From an uncultured Bdellovibrio sp. (GTDB lineage Bacteria; Bdellovibrionota; Bdellovibrionia; Bdellovibrionales; Bdellovibrionaceae): a DNA stretch of 64,000 nt. Of this stretch, positions 10,701 through 19,800 are shown one piece after another. Position numbers and translations under genes: made by a program. The notes under the pieces were generated by a model, which did not search any database, was not told the DNA's origin, and saw only the letters and a program-made list of their open reading frames with translations. The stretch's first letter is position 1, and each line of letters begins with the position of its first letter. Location: contig CAWVRN010000011.1 of NCBI GenBank assembly GCA_963932905.1, positions 32,001 through 96,000 of the forward strand, in the 5' to 3' direction.

Positions 10701-11685
10701 TTCCCATCCAGGCATGAATTTCCCTTTACCGGAAAGACAATTCTATTTAACAATTCAATCTGAAGTGACACCTGAAGCTGGTGGAGTAATTACCTATCAA
10801 GTAATTTCAAACTTTGCAAAAACCGTAGGTGAAAATGGCCTCGCAATAGAAGCGCTAAAAAGTGCAATTTACTCTGATGTCACTGTAGAGATGGATCGAA
10901 ATACGCTAATTATAAATTGGTTCGACCTTTTTGGACTCTTATCTCCAGAGGATTTTAACGAATATGAGGTATCTCTTTTTATAAAAAAATTGTTGCAGTA
11001 TCAGCCGATACCTGCGGCAAAAAATGAAGCAGCCTATATGCAAGGCTTCTTTGTGCCATTTGAAAACAGAGCTAAAAAGGAACCTTCGGTTTGGTCTCCC
11101 ATTCTTTCAAAAGTTGTTGAGATTACTCGAAATATCGTCAGTGACATTGACAGTACCCTGGCGGATAGATGGTCTGCTCGCCTGGATTATTACGAAGGAC
11201 TTTCGTGTCTTCTTTCAGGTGCCTCACATAGGGCTTACAACCTATTTAGACGTGCTTGTAGAGATGCACTTTCAAAGGAAATCTGGGACATAGGAGAAAG
11301 TGCGGCATTTTCAGCTTCATTTGAACTGTGGCAACAGCATCCATCCTTGCTCGATGCTGGAACGGCCAGTTTTGATCTTCTAAAAGTGATTGAAGCGCAA
11401 AGTCCAAACGCAGATAAAATTAGAGTTTTAGGAATCAATCTTTATAAATTTTGGTCTGTCTGTTCCTGGGGCAGATTAAGTACATCCGACTATCAAATAA
11501 AAGATAGGTTATTCGACGGAGCCAAGGTTTTAAAAAGTCACTCTTTTACAGAGGAAGAAGCTAGTCCGGTCATGGTTGCTCTTTTAAAAAAATCATTTGG
11601 TGATTACGATTCAACCAAACCAACAATCAGTTCCAAAAAAATTCCAGATGAAGTTCTTAAAATTCTTGAAAAAGAAAGCCGATGA
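7747..11685 (+). CDS. Avs/STAND-like anti-phage protein: N-terminal PD-(D/E)xK-type nuclease, P-loop NTPase, helical TPR-like C-terminus
   Basis: GGRFQEFV...GKTKAGVPD...AECGT; Walker A GVPKIGKS; Walker B YLVIDNAH; CNGHPL (GxP); long helical C-terminal region. Confidence 0.65.
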   Translation: MTSFQRGVIELKIEGMEGGRFQEFVLRFLPLYSPSYDGIVRNGHTELGKTKAGVPDLLKTLDNGDQIGAECGTGEDYWKPPEDVKKYPEWKPIEDAEKSIQKMARPVEIILASSRPIPANYPNVKTAIIDYFASKTNARIILLTCTDLASWIERNLKRADIFELSKEFFPEVVENQTLIDERDALASVIDYGDKFGFPTKDILQILKASGITDPVLLEQQIATEIFGDDTRFSLEHPASFNGIPRCSKHLPLILNPFGKIVQLLGVPKIGKSNLCWEAITQAKYKYKWLSVPIDEQQHTDFVDALLILLYSQFISVSEAVKKVKALVSTNVRLQEKEISPLYLVIDNAHFLNLNQLKRLDFALKELRSLSLLSKIAIVLMTNKNLSQAVSSLDTAAVAPAWTSEELKELITRKNLLVSDPKPDEYFELLQSQCNGHPLFAVALAGKYSDRTKLILNKIESPKADDSELSNEIKSVLYQDILTTPDQQNFVQRLSILTGKSSQSVLDALRKDVQPQIHTTVSNLSEQIGPAVLEGSIEGGLQVSPAFKEVANKKIGTTEKNETFIAAANTLLKFEGKTLYADHWIDGIFYLILADNIPKAAASALLLLNGISNNDENRELNLKYTLDRLFYFKFLKNKTLDGMDYLTLCSLRLMMGHHHASLNNLKESAEYLEEIDVEKIQSIKVDFDGVEEMKRYLVMAVLSSRVLALGEMKDPVKTLVTYLDYLSKAPPDGPKFEVYEILPGLITRLKIDQLRTFSFSVLAERLYPERLSDLVKVAISIGYAARNDDLLQKNIFSLRVDIPSSNLFLELARSSLLSNTDKYPEALGLILKIEKSIADRGKDPNKLGGTFYQHFADTVWGTKDHQGSIAYYKKSSELEPNESESFLAWNQYKIGFASTDENEIITNFTESIAKFISVENYDQGSRALGALAAFHISKKNYAEGIKTGFRLAEWFHKDKKSEAGPSLRLLLAQMLRSKHDITGESLSHPGMNFPLPERQFYLTIQSEVTPEAGGVITYQVISNFAKTVGENGLAIEALKSAIYSDVTVEMDRNTLIINWFDLFGLLSPEDFNEYEVSLFIKKLLQYQPIPAAKNEAAYMQGFFVPFENRAKKEPSVWSPILSKVVEITRNIVSDIDSTLADRWSARLDYYEGLSCLLSGASHRAYNLFRRACRDALSKEIWDIGESAAFSASFELWQQHPSLLDAGTASFDLLKVIEAQSPNADKIRVLGINLYKFWSVCSWGRLSTSDYQIKDRLFDGAKVLKSHSFTEEEASPVMVALLKKSFGDYDSTKPTISSKKIPDEVLKILEKESR

Positions 11686-11810
11686 AAGTCTTCATGAGAT
11701 ACAGCAACAGCGATCTGGAGTTTGCTAAGGGAGTTGCTACAACGATTAATTCTGGAGTGCGGAATGCCCAAAAAAGTTTCCAATCATATGCTCGTAGGGT
11801 GGAACTATAG
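11682..11810 (+). pseudogene. TIR-domain N-terminal remnant
   Basis: MKVFMRYSNSDLEFAKGVA resembles the TIR start KVFISYSxxDxxFA; ATGA overlap with the upstream stop; ends after 42 aa. Confidence 0.55.
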
Positions 11811-11850
11811 ATATTATTTTCAAGTATTGATTTCCATAAATTTTTGATAA

Positions 11851-12414
11851 TTACTTTTTGATTACGCCCTGATAGTCTAAAAGTAGCTTTTTCATCGGGA
11901 TAAGTACTCTATTTTCTTTCCGAACTTCGGATAGATTCCCAAGATACTCAAAAATACTTCCGCCTTGCTTATTTTCAACAGAAGTTTCATACTTGGAAGT
12001 CGTTGCACCCGTTGTTGGATCTTGTATCTCTAATAAAGAAGGGCATTTTTTAATATCTCCCGTAGCAACAATACCAAATGAAAAAATCCGAATTACCATA
12101 TTTAACTGATTTGAATCAGATGGAAAGTGTCCGGTTGTTTCACATTTTAAATATGTAAACTTCAACTTTGATTTTTGTGACAATTCGTTTCCTCTCTTAT
12201 TTTGTCTTATTACTTCATTTTCTATTGTTTTCTTAATATCTATGTAATCGAAATCGTGATTTGCAATCCCTGTTTTGTCTTCAACTTCGATAACAGCTGA
12301 AATCCCATCCATATATTCAAGATCGGCCACGGCAATTCTTTCCAATCTCGTTGGACCAGTTATTACACATCCACTAACGGACAAAGCCAGAACAATTGAA
12401 AATATTTTTCTCAA
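11851..12414 (-). CDS. Lipoprotein, possible orphan immunity protein
   Basis: TTG start with RBS GGGGAAG; RKIFSIVLALSVSGC lipobox. Confidence 0.6.
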   Translation of the reverse strand: MRKIFSIVLALSVSGCVITGPTRLERIAVADLEYMDGISAVIEVEDKTGIANHDFDYIDIKKTIENEVIRQNKRGNELSQKSKLKFTYLKCETTGHFPSDSNQLNMVIRIFSFGIVATGDIKKCPSLLEIQDPTTGATTSKYETSVENKQGGSIFEYLGNLSEVRKENRVLIPMKKLLLDYQGVIKK

Positions 12415-12561
12415 GTCTTCCCCAATTAAAAAATCATTATCATTCCACCGTATATTATTCCATGGCCCCAAAGAGTTTTTTCATCTTGGGACATTCTTGC
12501 AACCTGCATTTTTCTAATATAACGGTTGAGGTTTTTATTACTAAAGTAATATAGTTTAAGT

Positions 12562-13323
12562 ATGTTTAGCAACTATATTAGAATAGCCGTCTTTCTTATA
12601 TCAGTACTATTTTCAAGCCCTAGTTGGTCTTCTTTGGCTTATAGGTTAGATGATAACCAAGTCAAAATTATGTTTTGGCCTGAAGTAGAACCCAGAAAAT
12701 CTGTTCAAATAGATTTTGAGACTTCTGGTATTGAAGAAAAAGTGAATAGCTCTATAGATGGAACGGAGGTCACCGTAAAAGAACTTCCAACATATGCTAT
12801 TAGCGCAGGAGCCGGTTTACTCAAAGACTTAAGAGGCGGCATACAGTTTGGCCCAACGCGAGTTGTTTTTTTGAATTTTTCTTTAAATTTCAATTTACAA
12901 TACGACCTTTACAAAAATGAATCCTTCTTAGTAGCAGTGGTGGCGATGTATGGAGGCGTACTTTTTCCAGGAGAGCGCTATGGAGGCAAAGCGCTCCTTT
13001 CCATGGAAAAAAACAACTCTATCTACTATTTTAGTGCTGAGCGAATAAAAAGTTCTCGATACTTTCAATATGCTTTCAGAGACGAAGATGCATTTAAGCT
13101 TCATAACAAGCTAGAGTATAATCTGATAAACGATCTTTTTATAGTCGGAGTCAGGTCTTATAAGATAGGCGAACTCTTGGGCAATAATAATACGGCTTTG
13201 GATTTAAGTATTGGAGTCAGCAACGACGTTGATTTGAGTTACCACAACGCACATTACGAACCGGCTAATTTCCATAGAATAAACGGCTATATTTTGTCAG
13301 CGTCTTGGATAATTTTATATTAA
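12562..13323 (+). CDS. Exported protein, possible outer-membrane beta-barrel
   Basis: Signal peptide, amphipathic strands, terminal aromatic residue. Confidence 0.5.
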   Translation: MFSNYIRIAVFLISVLFSSPSWSSLAYRLDDNQVKIMFWPEVEPRKSVQIDFETSGIEEKVNSSIDGTEVTVKELPTYAISAGAGLLKDLRGGIQFGPTRVVFLNFSLNFNLQYDLYKNESFLVAVVAMYGGVLFPGERYGGKALLSMEKNNSIYYFSAERIKSSRYFQYAFRDEDAFKLHNKLEYNLINDLFIVGVRSYKIGELLGNNNTALDLSIGVSNDVDLSYHNAHYEPANFHRINGYILSASWIILY

Positions 13324-13407
13324 AAAAATTCAAAAAACTCACGCATGAAATTGAAAGAGCCTTTTGCAAAGGCCCAAAAATGTTTGAATTCAATATATAT
13401 ACAAAGT

Positions 13408-13842
13408 TTAATATTCTGGTGGTTTCGTTGGCATGTCGTCTTTCTTTAAATCAAAAATAATCAATGAATATAGATAGTCTCGATCGGTTTGAAGCGATTT
13501 GTACTTACTTAGAGTTTCTTCGCTACAGCTGTACAAATCTCCCTTTGCCAAAGGGAAATCTTTGTCTGTCATATGAATATTAAAAATTGCATTGGTGGAA
13601 TCAAACTTGGACCTTGCAATCTCTTTTTTAAGAACATTTATTGCCGCTATGGCAGCATGCTCACTCTTTTTAGAATTTGGAGCATACCAAGTCGATACTG
13701 TTCCAAGCAGCTTGCAGTCGTTGACATCTTTTACTATTATATATTTTGAATCTCTAATAGCGCTACCCATAGAGTTTGCAAACATGTGTCCGCAACCCAC
13801 CGATAGCAGCATAATATAAACGGCAAAAATGGTTTTTTTCAT
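13408..13842 (-). CDS. Lipoprotein, candidate cognate immunity protein for the RHS toxin
   Basis: ATG 13842 with RBS AAGGA, 10 bp after the RHS stop; MKKTIFAVYIMLLSVGC lipobox. Confidence 0.7.
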   Translation of the reverse strand: MKKTIFAVYIMLLSVGCGHMFANSMGSAIRDSKYIIVKDVNDCKLLGTVSTWYAPNSKKSEHAAIAAINVLKKEIARSKFDSTNAIFNIHMTDKDFPLAKGDLYSCSEETLSKYKSLQTDRDYLYSLIIFDLKKDDMPTKPPEY

Positions 13843-13852
13843 TATATCCTTA

Positions 13853-16800
13853 CTATTTGTCAAAAATACTATCGGGTAAGCCAAATACTCTTTCTTTACT
13901 TCCCGTATCCCAATTATACACGTCCGAGAAGAATAGCCAACCAACAATAGCTGTAGTTTCATTTCTAGGGATTCCGATTGCATTGTGAGCAATTTCCCAA
14001 CCCACGTTAATAGCAAAATTCGTAGTTCCTGCGTTTATACCTGTCCCAATCGCATACCCAAGCCCTTGGGCCTCGAGTGGAGGTATGAAGTTCACCCCGA
14101 GAACAAATTGGGTAAATGCTCCCATCGCAAGTGCTACAGCAAAATTCATCACAAAGGTGTTAAGAATATTTTGATTACCTTTTAGGCCTCCAAAAGTTAC
14201 CTGATAGTAAGTAGTAATTGCTGCAGACACCAATGCGAATACCACGAAGAACCAGAACTTTCCAGATGGATCGACTAGATGAGACGGAGAATTTCCCGCA
14301 TACGAATATTTATTGATTAAGCTGTTAGGCATATTGATTTTACCTGGATCTGGATCCTTCTGGAGGAAACGACCCAAGTTCGCGTCATACATCCTTGCTC
14401 TGTAAAAATATAGCCCAGTTTCGCCATCAAATTCACGCCCACTAAAAGTATAGGACGTGTTTATTTTTGGATTTGAAATCACTGAGTTATTTCCGCCGTC
14501 AAATATTCCAACAATTTTTCCGTAAGCGGAATACTGATAAGACTGTATAACGCTTCCACTCAAATCAACGACTTTAGCAATAGAACCAATATTATCCTTA
14601 AGATAAAAATATTTTCCAGCAGAGTATGCAAGATTTGCAGATTGACCAGAACTGGTAATATTTGCGGAAAGTACGTCATCGGTTCTTAAGTTCGAATGCG
14701 TGTAGGTGGCCAATAGATTATTCGAATCATTGTATTCCGCTATTATGCTGTCTCGATCATAAACGTAAGATCGAGAAAACGACTTCGAAGAATCTATATA
14801 GTTGGTAATTTGTTTTTTTAACCTTCTTCCTTGGGGATCGTAAAAATACAGAGCAATCATTTTTACAGAGTTGTCTTGGCCTGAAATCCTCACTTCTTTG
14901 AGTTGATTCATCGAAGTATATAGATAATTGTATTTGTCACCCAAATTGTCTTTGGGGAATTTACCTATTAAATTACCGTTGCTGTCGTGAGTGTAAATAA
15001 ACTGATAGTCTTGCTCAATGATCTTTCTGACCGGCTCATAGATAAAATTACCGGTTTGATCCGAAACTCTATTTCCAATTTCATCATAGGAAAACGATTC
15101 ACTTTGCTGAGAAGAATTCGCTGAAATAAGCTGGCCGTTGGTGTCGTAACCGTAGTCGATGCTGCCAGCAATACTTCGTTTTTGAACAGGGAAATTTCTT
15201 TGATCATAACTTAACTGGCTATAATCAATTGTGCCAGATGAATTTGAATGAACAATATTTTCAAGCGCTCCACCAGAATTATACGTGAAATTTGAAATAG
15301 ATCCGGGGCGCGAAATTCGCGTAATTTTATTGGATAAATCGAAATCAAAATTAAATGTGTCTCCAAACGAATTGGAAACCTGTTTTAATCTATCCGACTG
15401 ATCATATGAAAAAGCTAAACTGATTGGAGCGGACTGCATAGTTTCCATATTTCCATTTTGGTCATATGAATAACTTAAGTTAACTGCGGGATAGGAACCG
15501 AGGCTAGGTTTTCCCGAAACCAAATGGGTAAGTTCTCTACTTTTAGTGTCAAAAGTTTTAGAGATTGTGGAATAATGATTTGAAACTGAGATTGTTTCTC
15601 CTTTGGCCGAATAAGTAAAGATCATTTCATCATCTGGCAATTCAATCTTAGTTATCTGATTCAGTTCGTTTAAGGAATAAGACTTAAAATTCCCGTTAGG
15701 ATCGGTTTCAAATTTTAGATTTCCGTTTTCGTCATAAGTATAAGTATATATTTTCGACCCTGGCTCCGTTTTTTTGGAAAGCAGATCTCTTTCGTTATAC
15801 TCAAAAATGGTTTGGCTATTTTGTGGATCAATTATTTTTGATAGCTTACCAGTGTTAGTATATGTGTATTCGGTAATTTCATTTTTAGGAGAAGTGACTT
15901 GGGTTAACCTGTTAAATTTGTCGTAGCTATATTTGGTAACCTCTTCTGCCGTAGAACTAATTCTCCTAGTTCGCTGAGTAACATTTCCGGCGCTGTCATA
16001 CAGGAACGATACAGATTTACCATCGGCAAACAATATTTTACTTTGATTCCCGTTTGAATCGTATTCATATGTGGTGGTTTCGGTAATATTTCCGGAAATA
16101 GTTCTAGTCGAAGTAATCGGGAGTCCGAAACTGTTGTAAGAAAAAGATCTAAGTTGCGAATTTGGCGCGCTCTCCTGAAGCAAAAGGCCTTTTAAAGAAT
16201 CATACTGTCTATATCTTGTAAAACCTCGTCCGTTAGTGTTCGAAGTAGGCTGGCCGTATTGGTTAAACGTTTGTGACTCCGTGATTCCAGTACCGGAATC
16301 AGACTTTTTCAATAAGTCTTTCGTCACCGGGTCATATTCAAATACAATTTCAGATAGATCCGGGAAGATGATTTTGTTAGTGTATCCATCTAAATCCCGT
16401 TCAATAGAGGTAATTTGACCTTTACCGTCTTTAATTTTAACAATGTTACCGTTGAAATCGCTAGTGACCTCCGAAGTTACTTCTTTAGCGTCAATAATAC
16501 GATCATGGAACTGTGTTGGTCCCTGGCCCTGACTGTTTAAGTTTCCGATATTTTGTCCCGTATAGTTATTTGACATCGAACCACTCAAAACATCATTTAT
16601 TTGTACTGATTTATTTGCCTCGTCTGTTATTGCTGAAAGGCGATTGTATTCATTGTATGAATATTTTTTAGAATTTCCCCGCTGATTTATTTCTTTTGTT
16701 AGAAGGCCTTCGCTATTGTATTCAAAACTTTGACTTGTCCCATCAGGAAAATTCACAGCATTTAAATTTCCGAATGAGTAGCTAAAAGTAGTAGTTCGTC

Positions 16801-19800
16801 CTGCCGGATCTTGGATAGATGAGAGTAAACCGCCAGAATAGTTAAGCTGAGTAATCTGCCCAATTGAATCTCTGATTTCGCTTAAATTTCCGTCTGAATT
16901 ATAGCTGTAAACTAATTGATTTCCAATTCGATCTACAGATTTTGTCTGTTGGCCTTTCAAGTTAAAGTAAGTAACTGTTCCGTTGCGTAGGACACGCGAC
17001 CAACTATTATCGTTATATCTATATAGTACAGAACCATCTTTTGAATTAGGAGAGAAGGCTAGCGTTCCAGTATTTGTATAATTAAAATTTATTTTTCTAA
17101 TTCTGTTGTGACCAGTATCCACAAACACAAGATTTTGATTTGAATCTAACCCAAGATATTTTGGGCTGCACAAGTTTGAATTTAGTGCGGCAACGTTGTC
17201 GTTAACTTGGTTTGTATTGCAGCTTCCAGTTCCCGCAACGGTACTTGCAACTTCAGTGTTTAGGTCAAATCGGACAATTCTATGATTTCCCGTATCTGCA
17301 ACATATAGGTATTGATTAGTTTTATCAAATACCATGTCAGACGGTTGATAAAGCGGCATAGATTTAAATGGAGCTTCGAATACTGCGCCCCCTTGAGCCG
17401 GCGGCACCCCTCCGAAATGAGTCATAAAACCACTTGAATCAACTTTTCGAATATAGCCGTTTTGAGTTAAAATATATAAGTTTCCATTATTATCATAGAC
17501 TGCGCTGACTGGGTGGAAGATTTTTCCCTGCAGTGCAGGTACTCCGTCGCCTTGATCCAAATTACTTCCGTCACCTGCGATGGTAGTTACCGAATTGTTA
17601 ACTAGATCGACTTTTTTGACCATGTTATTGCCAGTGTTAGCAATAACAAGGGTGCCATCTGGCGCAATCGTCAATGAAGACGGATTGAAAATTCCAGAAG
17701 AATTATAAGTTGGGTATTCCCCAAAGGCAATATCTTTAGGATATCCAGAGCAACCACCTTTTGGGCTGCAAAAAACTGAACTACAGTTGTAAGGGCTTAG
17801 TATATGCTTCTCGCATTTATCTCCCGACATTGCTTGGCACTGCAAGTCTATTGAATAGTCTGGCACCGCATTGAAGTCGGGTTGATAGTCTATTACTTGT
17901 CCTGTTGCCCCGATATGTTTTGTAAAGACACCATTTTTAAAACTAAACAAACTGTGCTCGAGTGAATTTACAGCGTAGATATCTCCATTTGAGTTCCTCA
18001 CTATTCCTTTTAGTTGGGCTTGAGACTTATAGGTATAGAATCGATTATTCACAACATCACTTGCGTTTTCGATACAGTCACCAGATTCCAAGGCATTGTA
18101 CGGAATCCCCCCTTCAATTTGCGGTATTTTACCAAGAAGGGAGGGGCTTGGATTTGGTTGACTCAAATCTAACTCAACAAGATAGTTATTTTTTGCAGAG
18201 TCTTTCGATACACCAACAACCTTTGGAAATTTTGAGTAGTCGAAACTATAGTTTGTATCTACGCCCGTATTTGTTGAATTATATAGTGAAGAGATTGTAT
18301 TGTTCACGGCATAAGTGGCCAGCTCTCCAGAAGATTCTTCAATAAGTATTTTATTACTATTTGGACTTAGAATGCTTTGAGTAAGTCCTAAATGCCAGCC
18401 TCTTCCAGCAGATGATTTTACTTTATTCTGAACTAAAATAGGAGAAACTACGTCTGATGGAAAAACCTGATCCAAAACTGAAGACGTCTTTGTAGTTTCG
18501 CTAGTATAGGTAACATTAGATTGATTGTACTCCGCAAATTTAGAATCATAAAAAATTCTAGATGAGGCACGATAGCTTGTCGTAGACCTTAAAATCATGT
18601 TTTTTATTTTAAGTTCAAATCTGGTAAGTGTCGGATAAATTCCTGAAGCTAGATACTCTCCAGTTGAATTATTTTTTAAAGGGACCGCGTACGAAATCAA
18701 CGAGCGATTAGGAATCCCAGTGTAGTTTACAATTCCAGAGCCGAAGCCACCAGTAAAAACAGGGCCAGATAATATAGCACTCGGATCTGCCCCGGGTGTA
18801 TTATAATCCTGAGTCGTATTGTCTATAAATTGAATTGGCCCCGAAGTTAGATTTCCCACAAAAAATTGTGATTTAATCGATTCAGGTTGGTACCACGAAG
18901 TTAAATCCAAAGTGTCCTTCGCTTCAGCGGAAAGAACATATTCATCGTAAGTGTTATAACATCTAATTGTGACCATTAAAAATTTTTCGCAGTATCGCCC
19001 TTTGATGGCTTTGATCTCAGAAGAAGAAGATGAGTTTTCCTTTGAAATTGTGTATTCTTGTTTTGGTACATCTATATAATTCGATACATACGCGGTAGGA
19101 TTCGCCCAGTTACTTTTGTAAATTAAATTTGGAGCAACATCTACACCTAGCGATTTCCAACTAGGAAGGCTAATTTTTGTAGTTAGTGAGCCTTGCGAAA
19201 TGTCAATTCCACCCAGCTTCGGGTTGTCCACGGCTGCCATTATTGGTTTGGCGGGAACTGCATAAATCAGACTAAAATGCGAAATTCCTTCTCCTTCTTT
19301 TGACTTAATTGTACTTCCGTCTTCAGATACCACTGCGGTTCCGTCAACGGACCACGTCCCTTTAGAGCTATCCATTGATAGGATAAACATTTCTACCCCA
19401 GCAGGAAGTTCGTAATCATTTGGAAGTGTAACTGGAACTCTCGTCGAAAATTTGAGGCCTGACGGTTCAAGTGCAATAACGTTCTTCGGAACGATATTTT
19501 GTGGAACCGGAACTGTAGCTTTGTCGGCCTCTATTGCTGCGATATTTATCGCCCCATTGCTTCCTCCGTTCGGGAAGACCGCAGAGTTAGAAGAAATATT
19601 TAATTGTACTCCGGGTGCAGCAGGATTTGTAACTGTTGCTGCTTGGCCGTTAGAAACAATCGTTTCTGATCCGTCTAAATATAATGGAGCCAAAAATATT
19701 GGTCGCTCCAAAACATTTTCCTGGCCAAGACCAATATTGATTTGAATTTTCGTTGCAGAAAACTTTCGATTAGGACCCGTAACAGTCTGAGGAATCGTTG

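Noticed and set aside
13843..14016. Long N-terminal extensions given by the ORF track (also 61204, 52757, 48109, 44442, 49410, 12471)
   Set aside because: Downstream starts have better RBS or signal peptides and avoid overlaps.
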